The notes: generated from the sequence alone by a model not told the origin. Shown: positions 38,950 to 48,026, numbered from the stretch's first letter. The stretch: DNA of 63,023 bases from Verrucomicrobiota bacterium (GCA_028873125.1 JAGWMQ010000004.1:1-63023); one strand, 5' to 3'. Numbers and translations are program-made.

Positions 38950-39279
38950 GTGAAAACGGCGCTGGTCATTGTTTGCAGCCTCTTGTTGGCCTGGGCGCCC
39001 GGCATTTCCGCGCTGGCGCCGGCGCCCGCCGCATGTGCCGCGTGCCATTGCGCCTGTGGCAAGAAGTGCTGTGACGCCCCGGCTTCGCCGAGTCCCCAGC
39101 CGATCACCGCGGCGCCAGTTCCTTCATCGCCGCCAACTCCGATTTTGACGCTCGCACCCGCCGTCTTGGCCTGGACTTTGGCGGATGCGCCTGTGCGTGA
39201 GTTCTCGCTTTTCGCTTCTTCGCCCCTAACGGCCAACGCCGCGCCCCTTTTTGCGCGGGATTGCGCCCGGCTGCTCTGA
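38950..39279 (+). CDS. Secreted Cys-cluster mini-protein (CAACHCACGKKCC), family unknown
   Basis: GTG start. Clean signal peptide MKTALVIVCSLLLAWAPGISALA, 6 Cys and 1 His within 13 residues, Pro/Ala/Ser-rich linker. The coding status of a 109-aa ORF in GC-rich DNA is not certain. Confidence 0.5.
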   Translation: MKTALVIVCSLLLAWAPGISALAPAPAACAACHCACGKKCCDAPASPSPQPITAAPVPSSPPTPILTLAPAVLAWTLADAPVREFSLFASSPLTANAAPLFARDCARLL

Positions 39280-39390
39280 TTTTTCCCCGCCCACGCCCTT
39301 AGTGTGCCCGGATGCGGGCATGCGCCGGGTTTTTCCGTCTGTTTTCTTACGGTGAAGCCGAAAGTTGAATTCATGCGTTGAAGATAAACA

Positions 39391-39419
39391 TTGCAATGAA
39401 ATTTATAAAATCGTATAAA
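39391..39419 (+). promoter_or_regulatory. Sigma70-like promoter candidate for the CxxC protein gene
   Basis: TTGCAA (39391-39396), 17 nt, TATAAA (39414-39419) in a strongly AT-rich spacer. A GAGG Shine-Dalgarno lies 6-7 nt before ATG 39479. Confidence 0.45.
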
Positions 39420-39478
39420 GAGAAAGTAATGGTGGCCGCGCCGGTCACTGGCAGTCAACATTAGAAAGTGAGGTAAAA

Positions 39479-39910
39479 ATGAAAAAAGCGATTGAACTCC
39501 GTAAATGTCTCATAGGCTCCACTTTCGCGTTAGCCGTCGTCGTTTTGGCCTGGCTCCCCAACCAGGTGCTGGCGCAAGAGAAGGGGGCCCAAAAGCTAAT
39601 GAGAGTCCAGACGGTGGAGGATCTCCAAAAACTCGACGTGGGAGACATCATCGTCATGTCTTGCCCGAAGTGCAAGGAATCCTATGCGCAGGTCGTGGAA
39701 AAAACCTACAAGTCCGTCAAACCGGAGGAATTGAAAAACGTGACGATCCACCTCTGCTCGACTTGCGACACCCGGGTGGTGACCAAGGGTATTGGCAAGC
39801 GAGCCAAAGCGGTGCTCGTCCATACCTGCAAAATGTGCGGCAGCAAGAACGTCACTTGCTTTGCGATAAAGAAAGGGAGCCTCCGGACGGAAGGCATGGA
39901 GGAACACTAA
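39479..39910 (+). CDS. Secreted protein with three CxxC motifs, family unknown
   Basis: Signal peptide, then CPKC, CSTC, CKMC and one extra Cys. Shine-Dalgarno present. Visibly lower GC than its neighbours. Confidence 0.65.
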   Translation: MKKAIELRKCLIGSTFALAVVVLAWLPNQVLAQEKGAQKLMRVQTVEDLQKLDVGDIIVMSCPKCKESYAQVVEKTYKSVKPEELKNVTIHLCSTCDTRVVTKGIGKRAKAVLVHTCKMCGSKNVTCFAIKKGSLRTEGMEEH

Positions 39911-39916
39911 GCCGGC

Positions 39917-39946
39917 GCGAACGCCTCATCCCGGCTAGGCGTTCGC
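39917..39946 (+). terminator. Hairpin after the CxxC protein gene
   Basis: GCGAACGCC (39917-39925) pairs with GGCGTTCGC (39938-39946): 9-bp stem, 12-nt loop. A second pair is GGCGGCGG (39952-39959) with CCGCCGCC (39984-39991). No U-tract. Confidence 0.35.
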
Positions 39947-40027
39947 ACATTGGCGGCGGCGCTGGGGGGTATTCGAGTCAACACCGCCGCCGGATGGCAG
40001 ATTTAGCCCGGCCAGTCCGTTGATCGC

Positions 40028-41443
40028 ATGAATTCAAATAAAAAAAACCGCAGGCGTTCGTGGTTTGCCAGCGTAGCAGGCGCGCTGCTCATCGGCTTGC
40101 TCCTCACCGGCTGCAAGGGCGTTCCGACCAAGGGCGAACGCGAGGCGCGCCGGCAATTGTCAGCCGTGGCGAAAATCTATCGGCCTGGCGACCATCCGGC
40201 CCGGCCGCCTGAATTGACGACCAACTCGCCGCTCGGCGATTTCCTCACCTACGCCATGTTCAATGAGCCGCAGGTCAGGGCGGCTTATTTCGATTGGGCC
40301 GCCTCGGTTGAAAACATTACCGTCGCGCGCTCGCTGCCTGATCCGCAACTGACGTTCCAGATGGACATCCAGGACATCGTGACGTCAATCATGCCGGGGC
40401 TGATGCAGGAATTTCCCGGTCCTGGCAAATTGCGCGTGCGCGGCGACGTGGCGTCGGCGGACAGTCAGGCCAGATACTTCATCTTCGAGAACACGGTGCT
40501 GCAAACCGCCGACGCGGTGAAACAGTCCTATTATCAAATTTGGTTTCTCGACGAAAAAATCCGGGTGGATCGCCAACTTCTGCAATTGCTGGCGGAGGCG
40601 GAACGGGTCGCGCGGGCCAAAAACGCGGCGGGTCTGGCCACCTTGCAGGACGTCTATGACGCGCAAATCGCCGAAGACCGGATGCGCACCGACATCGCCA
40701 ATCTCGAAGACTCGCGCCGCCCATTGATTGCGCAGTTCAAGGCGGCTCTGGGATTGACGCCAGACCAGCCCGACCCGCCGCTGCCCGGACGTTTTGAACC
40801 TACCGTGGTGAATCTTTCGCCGGAGCAGCTTTTGGCGACGGCCTACGCGCGCAATCCGCAACTCAAGGTGATGGCCGCCGAAGTGCAACAGGCCGAAGCG
40901 TCACTGGAACTGGCTTACAAGACCAGAGTCCCCAACTTCCACCTTGGCCTGATGGCCGACGCAAAGATGGCGCCGGTGCTGTATCGTCCGCTGGCGGGCA
41001 TGTCGCTGCCGATCTGGCGCGACAAAATCTCCGCCGAAATCGCCGCCGCCCAGGCCGGCAAGCGCGCCGCCGCCGCGCGGCTGACGGCCGCGCAAATCGT
41101 CGTGGCAGTCGCCTTCGCCGAGAAAAGTTTTGATTACCGCCTGGCGCTGCGCAATCTGGCGCTCTTCGATGATTTCGTCATTCCCAAGGCGCGCCAGTCG
41201 CTGGAAATTGCGCGCGCCAGTTATCTGGCGAACACGGTGGATTACTCTCATCTCGTCGCCGCCGAGCAAGCGCCGTTGAATTACGAATTGTCGGCCATCG
41301 AGGCGCGGCAGCAGCGCGAACTGGCGCTGACGGATCTCTCGTTGCTCATCGCCGGCGTGCCGCCGAAAGGCGCGCCGGTGTTCCCCGGCGGCGCAACGGG
41401 CCGTTCGATTTCAAACAAAATTTCAAAATTACAAACGCCATGA
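40028..41443 (+). CDS. Outer-membrane efflux protein (TolC/CusC family), probable lipoprotein
   Basis: 471 aa. Lipobox-like LLLTGC. Two OEP repeats. Its stop overlaps the start of the adaptor gene. Confidence 0.9.
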   Translation: MNSNKKNRRRSWFASVAGALLIGLLLTGCKGVPTKGEREARRQLSAVAKIYRPGDHPARPPELTTNSPLGDFLTYAMFNEPQVRAAYFDWAASVENITVARSLPDPQLTFQMDIQDIVTSIMPGLMQEFPGPGKLRVRGDVASADSQARYFIFENTVLQTADAVKQSYYQIWFLDEKIRVDRQLLQLLAEAERVARAKNAAGLATLQDVYDAQIAEDRMRTDIANLEDSRRPLIAQFKAALGLTPDQPDPPLPGRFEPTVVNLSPEQLLATAYARNPQLKVMAAEVQQAEASLELAYKTRVPNFHLGLMADAKMAPVLYRPLAGMSLPIWRDKISAEIAAAQAGKRAAAARLTAAQIVVAVAFAEKSFDYRLALRNLALFDDFVIPKARQSLEIARASYLANTVDYSHLVAAEQAPLNYELSAIEARQQRELALTDLSLLIAGVPPKGAPVFPGGATGRSISNKISKLQTP

Positions 41444-42888
41444 ATTCGAAAATGAAAATCACTTCGACCGCTCTTTGGTTCGTGATGGCAATCATCGCCG
41501 GATTGCTCGTCGCGGGCTGTTTCAAGCCGTTTGAAAAAACCGCCGCCGCAAAGCAAACCAATACGCAAACCAAAACACTTTACACTTGCGGCATGCACCC
41601 GTGGGTCATTCAGGATCATCCGGGCAACTGCCCGATTTGCGGCATAAAACTCGAACCGATTCGCCGCACCGCCGCCAATCCCCAATCGCCCGCCGGCCCG
41701 CGCAAAATTCTATATTACAAATCCACGATGATTCCTGGCGAAATCAGCCAGAAACCGGGCAAGGACAGCATGGGGATGGATATGGCGCCGGTTTATGAGA
41801 ACGAAGCGGCGTCAGCCAATTCTTCCGTCATTGAGGTTGACCCAGTGACGATGCAGGACATGGACGTCGTCACCACCCCGGTCGTCAGCGGCCCGTTGCG
41901 CCGGACGGTGCGCACGGTGGGCCTGGTGGATTACAACGAACCGAAGGAGACGGACGTCACCACGAAATTCAAAGGCTGGATTGAAAAACTGTATGTGGAC
42001 TACACCGGCGAACTGGTGCATCGGGGCGAACCGATGTTCAAGATTTATTCGCCCGCACTGTATGCCGCCGAGGTGGAATATCTCACAGCCTTGAGCCACA
42101 CCTCCAGCGCGGACCCGGATTCATCCAATCTCTTGACCGCCGCCGCCGAGAAGTTGCGGTTCTTCGACATTTCGGACGAGCGGATTGCCAAACTGGCCAA
42201 GACGCGGACGCCGCACAAGGCAATGGTTATTCTGTCGCCCGCGGACGGGTTCGTGATTCAAAAGAACGTCTTCGAAGGCCAGGTGGACGCCGGGACCACA
42301 CTCTATCATCTGGCCAACCTCAACACCGTCTGGGTTTATGTGGAAATTTACGAGCAGGACCTGCCTTACGTCCGGCTCGGCCAGGAGGCGACCATGACGC
42401 TTTCGTATCTGCCGGATCGCGTGTTTCACGGGCGCGTCACTTACATATATCCGACCGTGAATGAACAAACGCGCACGGCGAAAGTGCGGCTGGAATTTGA
42501 AAACCCGGATTATTTCCTCAAGCCGGGCATGTTCGCGCAGGTAACGTTGACGCATGAATTGGCGCCGTCGGCCTTGTTGGTGCCGGATTCGGCCATCCTG
42601 CGCAGCGGCGAGAAAAACACCGTCTTCGTCGCACTGGGAGGCGGAAAGTTTGAGCCGCGCACCGTGGTGCTGGGACCGGAAGCCGAGCATGACATGTGTC
42701 AGGTCGTCAGCGGAGTGAGCGCCGGCGAGCGGGTGGTGACGTCGGGCGAGTTCATGCTCGATTCGGAAAGTCAGTTGCGCGAAGCCATCCAAAAGATGCT
42801 CGAATCAAACCAAGCCGCCGCCGTGACCAATTCTTCGGCTCCCGCCACGAATGCCATGCCGGCGGGGATGACCATGCCTGCAAAATAA
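41440..42888 (+). CDS. Efflux RND periplasmic adaptor (CusB-like) with an N-terminal heavy-metal-binding domain
   Basis: YTCGMHPWVIQDHPGNCPICGIKLEPI motif followed by HlyD/MFP barrel-sandwich domains. Confidence 0.92.
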   Translation: MNSKMKITSTALWFVMAIIAGLLVAGCFKPFEKTAAAKQTNTQTKTLYTCGMHPWVIQDHPGNCPICGIKLEPIRRTAANPQSPAGPRKILYYKSTMIPGEISQKPGKDSMGMDMAPVYENEAASANSSVIEVDPVTMQDMDVVTTPVVSGPLRRTVRTVGLVDYNEPKETDVTTKFKGWIEKLYVDYTGELVHRGEPMFKIYSPALYAAEVEYLTALSHTSSADPDSSNLLTAAAEKLRFFDISDERIAKLAKTRTPHKAMVILSPADGFVIQKNVFEGQVDAGTTLYHLANLNTVWVYVEIYEQDLPYVRLGQEATMTLSYLPDRVFHGRVTYIYPTVNEQTRTAKVRLEFENPDYFLKPGMFAQVTLTHELAPSALLVPDSAILRSGEKNTVFVALGGGKFEPRTVVLGPEAEHDMCQVVSGVSAGERVVTSGEFMLDSESQLREAIQKMLESNQAAAVTNSSAPATNAMPAGMTMPAK

Positions 42889-42972
42889 CGACTAATTCTC
42901 AAATCCGAACGACGAAGGACTTTTCAATGACCAATTCCACAGAGCGTGTCTTGGACCGCGGCGGCAAGCAGA

Positions 42973-43019
42973 GCGCGACGCCGCTTTGGAATCGCGCCAG
43001 CCAGAAAAGCGGTGTCGCG
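42973..43019. repeat. 14-bp-stem hairpin element in the cusB-cusA spacer
   Basis: CGCGACGCCGCTTT (42974-42987) pairs with AAAGCGGTGTCGCG (43006-43019), with one G-T pair and an 18-nt loop. Translation gives the GGKQSATPLW...SGVAATALH shadow peptide. Confidence 0.8.
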
Positions 43020-43117
43020 GCCACCGCACTCCATGACGACCAGCGCCATCCACAATCGTTGTTCGAGCTTTGTCATTCTTTAGTCATTAAAATTTTGTCA
43101 TTAGACATTCCAAAAAT

Positions 43118-46100
43118 ATGCTCCAACGCATCATAGATTATTCCCTCAAGAACAAGTTTATTATCCTGCTGTTCACGGTGGTGCTGGTGCTGGGCGGCAT
43201 TTACGCCGTCAAAAACATCCCGCTGGACGCCATCCCCGACCTGTCGGACGTGCAAGTCATCGTTTATACGCCGTGGGAAGGCCAGGCGCCGCAAATCATC
43301 CAGGACCAGGTCACTTATCCCATCACGGTCAAGATGCTGTCGGTGCCCGGGGCCACGGTGGTGCGCGGTTACTCGTTCTACGGTTATTCATTCGTGTATG
43401 TCATTTTCAAGGATGGCACGGACCTTTACTGGGCGCGCAGCCGGGTGCTCGAGTATTTGAGTGGGTTGAGCGGCCAACTGCCCCAAGGCGTAAGTCCTCA
43501 ACTTGGCCCGGACGCCACCGGGGTGGGCTGGGCGTTCATGTACACGCTCAACTCGACCAACCGCGACCTGGCGCAACTGCGCACCTATCAGGACTGGTAT
43601 GTGCGCTACGCGCTGGCGTCCGTGCCGGGCGTGTCGGAGGTTGCTTCCATCGGAGGCTTCCAGAAGCAATATCAGGTGACGGTGGACCCCGTCAAACTGC
43701 GCGCCTACCACCTGTCGTTGAGCCGGGTGGCCGAGGCGATCAGGCGCAGCAACAACGAGGTGGGCGGGCGTTCCATTGAACTTGCCGAAACGGAATTTCT
43801 CCTGCGCGTCAAGGGCTACATCGAAAGTGTGGACGACCTGCGCAAAGTGGCGGTGGGCGTGGGGCCGGGCGGCGTGCCAATCCTGCTGCGCGACGTGGCG
43901 ACGGTGGCGATGGGGCCGGAAATGCGGCGGGGCATCGCCGAACTTAACGGTCAGGGCGAAACCGTCGGCGGCATCGTCGAGGTGCGTTATGGGGCCAATG
44001 CCTACAAAGTCATCCAAGCGGTGAAGAAAAAGCTGGCCGAGGAGATGAAATCGCTGCCGCCGGACGTGAAGGTCACTGTGGTGTATGACCGCACGTCGCT
44101 GATTGACCGCGCCGTCAAGACCCTTGAAGAGAAGCTGCTGGAAGAAAGTCTCGTGGTGGCGCTGGTGTGCATGGCGTTTCTGTTTCACCTGCGCAGTTCG
44201 CTGGTGGCCATCGTCATTCTGCCGGTGGCGGTGTTGATTTCTTTCGTCATCATGTTCGAGCAAGGCTTGAGCGCCAACATCATGTCGCTGGGCGGCATTG
44301 CCATCGCCATCGGCGCGATGGTGGACGCGGCCATTGTCATGATCGAAAATGCCCACAAACATCTGGAACACGACGCGGGCAAAAAACCGCATTGGGACAT
44401 CATCCGCGACGCAGCGGTGGAAGTCGGTCCCACGCTGTTCTATTCGCTGCTGGTGATCACGATTTCGTTTTTGCCGGTTTTCACCTTGGAAGAGCAGGAA
44501 GGGCGGCTATTCAAGCCGCTGGCCTTCACCAAGACCTATTCCATGGGCGCCGCCGCGCTCCTGTCCATCACGCTCGCGCCGATTCTGATGGGTTGGTTCA
44601 TCCGCGGCAAGATTCCCAAAGAGGAAAAAAATCCGATCAATCGTTTTCTGATTTGGATTTATCATCCGGTGGTGGAATGGGTGATCAAATGGCGCTGGGC
44701 GCTGATCACTACCGCCGCCGTGGCCGTCATCTGGGTTTTTCTCCCATGGAATCAACTCGTCACCCGCGTGCTGCCCGAAGGCAAAGTTCAGCAATGGGCC
44801 TTGAAAGCCGGCGTTCTGTTCCCCTACCAAAACATCGGCTCCGAATTTATGCCCCCGCTTTACGAAGGCGATTTGCTTTACATGCCGACAACCTTTCCGA
44901 GTCTTTCAGTGACAAAGGCTCGCCAAGTTCTACAGGTCACCGACAAAATCATCAAATCGTTTCCCGAAGTGAAAACGGTTTTCGGCAAGGCGGGCCGCGC
45001 CGAGACTGCCACCGACCCGGCACCGATGGAGATGTTTGAAACGACCATTCAGCTCAAGCCGGAGTCGGAATGGCCGGCGGTGGACATCAAGGGCGCCAGC
45101 GGCCGGGTCATCGCTCACCGGCCCTACACCCATCAGGAATTGGTGGACGCCATGAACGCCGCCATCGAAATTCCCGGCTTGGCCAACGCCTGGACCATGC
45201 CCATCAAGACGCGCATTGACATGCTCTCCACCGGCATCAAAACGCCGGTGGGCATCAAGGTCGCCGGGCCGGACCTGACGAAAATCCAAGACATCGCCGA
45301 ACAGATTGAAGGCGTCATCAGCCCGTTGCCGCATACGACCAGCGCCTTTGCCGAGCGCGTCATGGGCGGACACTACATCGTCTTCAACATCAACCGCGAC
45401 GCCATCGCGCGCTACGGCCTGACCATCGGCGACGTGCAGGACGTGTTGCAAGTGGCGTTGGGCGGAATGCCATTGACCACCACGGTTGAAGGCCTTGAGC
45501 GTTACACCATCAATCTGCGTTACGATCGTGATTTTCGTTCCAACTTGAAGGCACTGCGGGACGATGTCGTCATCCCCACGCCGACCGGCGCGCAGGTGCC
45601 GTTGGGCGAACTGGCCGACATCAAGGTTGAAGACGGGCCTGGCTCCATCAAGACCGAGGGCGCCGTGCCCCAGGCGTGGATTTACGTGGACATTCACGGC
45701 ATTGACGTGGGCACCTACGTCAAAGACGCCCAGCGCGCCGTCAACGACGCCGTTGGCAAAGGAGAAATCCAGTTGCCGCCCGGTTACAACATTTATTGGA
45801 GCGGCCAATATGAATACATGGTCCGCGCCCAGCAACGCCTGATGGTGGTCGTGCCAGTGACGTTGCTCATCATCATGCTGATTATTTATCTCAACACGCG
45901 CTCCGGCGTCAAAACCGCCATTGTCATGCTGTCGGTGCCGTTCTCGCTGGTCGGCTCATTCTGGACGCTTTACTGGCTGCACTACAATTTAAGCGTGGCG
46001 GTATGGGTGGGGATGATTGCGTTGGCCGGCGTCAGCGCCGAAATCGGCGTGGTCATGCTCCTTTACCTTGACCTCGCCTACGAGCAGTGGAAACGCGAAG

Positions 46101-46387
46101 GCCGGCTGCGGACGACAGCGGACTTGCGCGAGGCGATTTACCACGGCGCGGTCAAACGTCTTCGCCCCACGGCCATGACCGCGTCGGTCATCATCGCCGG
46201 TCTGCTGCCGATCCTCTGGAGCCATGGCACCGGCGCGGACGTGATGAAGCGTATTGCCACGCCCATGGTCGGCGGCGTCGTCACCGCCACCTTGATGGCC
46301 CTGTTGATTTATCCGGCGGCCTTTTACCTGTGGCGGTCGCGCGCCTTGACGAAAGGATCTGACGCTGTCTCACGCGCCGGATTGTAG
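43118..46387 (+). CDS. cusA: CusA/CzcA-family heavy-metal efflux RND transporter
   Basis: 1089 aa. The N-terminus ...IPLDAIPDLSDVQVIVYTPWEGQAPQIIQDQVTYPI closely parallels CusA. 12-TM RND architecture. Confidence 0.95.
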   Translation: MLQRIIDYSLKNKFIILLFTVVLVLGGIYAVKNIPLDAIPDLSDVQVIVYTPWEGQAPQIIQDQVTYPITVKMLSVPGATVVRGYSFYGYSFVYVIFKDGTDLYWARSRVLEYLSGLSGQLPQGVSPQLGPDATGVGWAFMYTLNSTNRDLAQLRTYQDWYVRYALASVPGVSEVASIGGFQKQYQVTVDPVKLRAYHLSLSRVAEAIRRSNNEVGGRSIELAETEFLLRVKGYIESVDDLRKVAVGVGPGGVPILLRDVATVAMGPEMRRGIAELNGQGETVGGIVEVRYGANAYKVIQAVKKKLAEEMKSLPPDVKVTVVYDRTSLIDRAVKTLEEKLLEESLVVALVCMAFLFHLRSSLVAIVILPVAVLISFVIMFEQGLSANIMSLGGIAIAIGAMVDAAIVMIENAHKHLEHDAGKKPHWDIIRDAAVEVGPTLFYSLLVITISFLPVFTLEEQEGRLFKPLAFTKTYSMGAAALLSITLAPILMGWFIRGKIPKEEKNPINRFLIWIYHPVVEWVIKWRWALITTAAVAVIWVFLPWNQLVTRVLPEGKVQQWALKAGVLFPYQNIGSEFMPPLYEGDLLYMPTTFPSLSVTKARQVLQVTDKIIKSFPEVKTVFGKAGRAETATDPAPMEMFETTIQLKPESEWPAVDIKGASGRVIAHRPYTHQELVDAMNAAIEIPGLANAWTMPIKTRIDMLSTGIKTPVGIKVAGPDLTKIQDIAEQIEGVISPLPHTTSAFAERVMGGHYIVFNINRDAIARYGLTIGDVQDVLQVALGGMPLTTTVEGLERYTINLRYDRDFRSNLKALRDDVVIPTPTGAQVPLGELADIKVEDGPGSIKTEGAVPQAWIYVDIHGIDVGTYVKDAQRAVNDAVGKGEIQLPPGYNIYWSGQYEYMVRAQQRLMVVVPVTLLIIMLIIYLNTRSGVKTAIVMLSVPFSLVGSFWTLYWLHYNLSVAVWVGMIALAGVSAEIGVVMLLYLDLAYEQWKREGRLRTTADLREAIYHGAVKRLRPTAMTASVIIAGLLPILWSHGTGADVMKRIATPMVGGVVTATLMALLIYPAAFYLWRSRALTKGSDAVSRAGL

Positions 46388-46546
46388 CTCCTTGGGCTTC
46401 GCAACACGACCAGCAGCCGTCCGCCTTTCAATGGATGCGATTTTCCGGCGGCAAACGACATTCGGCGGACAATTTTTGGAGCAGCACGGGGTGGAGTAGG
46501 GCGGGCGAGGGTTGTGCGCGCTTTTTGGTCTCCGACCGACCTCGCG

Positions 46547-46783
46547 TCATTCTCGGGCGGGTTTGTCGGCCGCGGCTGTTGCCGCCGAAATAAAATTTTG
46601 CGTAAACGCGGTTTCCGCGCCCTGCTTCCATAGCACGCCGACGGAAATCGTTTCGTGTCTGGGACGCAGCGGAATGATCTCCAATCGCGGTCCAGCCATA
46701 CAGATCAGGGAATCCGGCATGAGCGCGACGCCGCGGCCGGCTTCGACGGCGGCAATCCGCTGTATGTCGCCGCCGTGATGAAT
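46547..46783 (-). pseudogene. LysR-family regulator C-terminal fragment
   Basis: Open frame with no start codon: ...IAAVEAGRGVALMPDSLICMAGPRLEIIPLRPRHETISVGVLWKQGAETAFTQNFI... An in-frame TGA lies at 46784-46786. No HTH domain is present. Confidence 0.5.
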
Positions 46784-47035
46784 TCAATGATTGGTCGCTG
46801 GCAAACACGAATGCTTGTGACTGGTTCGGCGCAAGTTGAACTTTATTCCGGTGACATTCGACGTTTCGTAATTCCATTCATCGGCAAAAAAGGCGAAGAA
46901 GAAGTCGCATCAGCAATAAAAGGCGCGCACGCCGCCCGCGCCCGCGTGCGGGAGTTGCTGGACCGGGCCAAGCGCGCCGTGGGAATCGCCATCAAGCAGG
47001 ACGAAAAGGCCGCGATGGAAAGTTTGGAAAAATGA
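46778..47035 (+). pseudogene. Possible C-terminal remnant of a restriction-modification specificity/methylase-type protein
   Basis: ...FVIPFIGKKGEEEVASAIKGAHAARARVRELLDRAKRAVGIAIKQDE... looks like the helical tail of RM specificity domains. The assignment is weak. Confidence 0.25.
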
Positions 47036-47041
47036 AATCGC

Positions 47042-47366
47042 ATGAGCAAAAGACGCGATATTCTATTTGAAGCCCGGACGCCGCTCGGTTTCACCGTGCG
47101 CGTGACGCGGGAAGTATTGGAATATCATCACCACCGTCAAACATCCGGTCACGGCTGGATGTGAGGCGGAAGTGCAAGCGGTCCTGGAGTCGCCGGAAGA
47201 AATTCGGCGTAGCAAAAGTGACGCGAACGTGTATCTTTTCTATCGCAGCCGACGGAACCGGCGTTGGGTCTGCGCCGTAAGCAAACAGGAAGGCCACATG
47301 GGTTTTCTCATCACGGCGTATCCGACCGGCGCCATTAAAGAAGGCGGCAAAATATGGCCGAAGTAA
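47042..47366 (+). pseudogene. Small gene disrupted by a 1-nt frameshift (partner of the DUF2283 gene)
   Basis: ATG 47042 gives MSKRRDILFEARTPLGFTVRVTRE..., stopping at 47162. The continuation YWNIITTVKHPVTAGCEAEVQAVLESPEEIRRSK...GFLITAYPTGAIKEGGKIW runs in another frame (track ORF 47172..47366). The frame switch lies between 47106 and 47117. Confidence 0.45.
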
Positions 47367-47572
47367 ATGTTTATTACGATCCGACGGGCCGCACGCTGAC
47401 CGTGTGGTTTGGCCGCCCGCAGGCGGAGTATGTCTGCGAGGAAACCGGCGAGGAAGTGATCTTGATGAAGGACCGCAAAGGGCATGTCATTGGGTTCGAG
47501 CGTTTAAATTATCCGGCCAAGGCGGCGCAGCCGTTGCGGATGGCGTTTGAAACAATTCCGCAACCCGCGTAA
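47354..47572 (+). CDS. DUF2283-type small protein (antitoxin-like)
   Basis: 72 aa. VYYDPTGRTLTVWF...GEEVILMKDRKGHVIGFE pattern. Overlaps the end of the upstream frameshifted gene by 13 nt. Confidence 0.6.
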   Translation: MAEVNVYYDPTGRTLTVWFGRPQAEYVCEETGEEVILMKDRKGHVIGFERLNYPAKAAQPLRMAFETIPQPA

Positions 47573-47591
47573 AGGCCGACAAGGTAAAAAT

Positions 47592-48026
47592 ATGGCTCCC
47601 GAATTGAAGATCAGGATGGAGGAAGAGTTGGTTGTAAAAAAAGTGAAGCGCCGTCCGGCGGTATTGATTTTGCGCGATGGCTGCGATCCGCGAAAAATGG
47701 CGACGCGTATTTCAGGCATTGGTGCAAGGCCAAATCCAAATTTCCACATCTTCGCGCCGATTGTTTCACTTAGGGAGGAGGATAATTTGGGAAATGACTA
47801 TCCGCAGCCGTTCATGGACAAAGTGGTTGCCGCTGAATTGCCGGAATTTATTCATCTGCCCGCCGAGGGGACGGCCATCAAAAAGGAATCCATGGCAGTG
47901 CTGACACAATTGCAGTCGCACACCGAAAAGGCAATCGAGGAAACGGATTCAGCGCCGGCGCAAGATTATCTAGGCACCGCGCTTGAAACCTTTTGGCAGG
48001 ATTTGGAGGGGCAAATAATGCAGTAG
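47592..48026 (+). CDS. Hypothetical protein
   Basis: ATG 47592 preceded by AAGG. 144 aa, lower GC. No family recognised. Confidence 0.35.
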   Translation: MAPELKIRMEEELVVKKVKRRPAVLILRDGCDPRKMATRISGIGARPNPNFHIFAPIVSLREEDNLGNDYPQPFMDKVVAAELPEFIHLPAEGTAIKKESMAVLTQLQSHTEKAIEETDSAPAQDYLGTALETFWQDLEGQIMQ

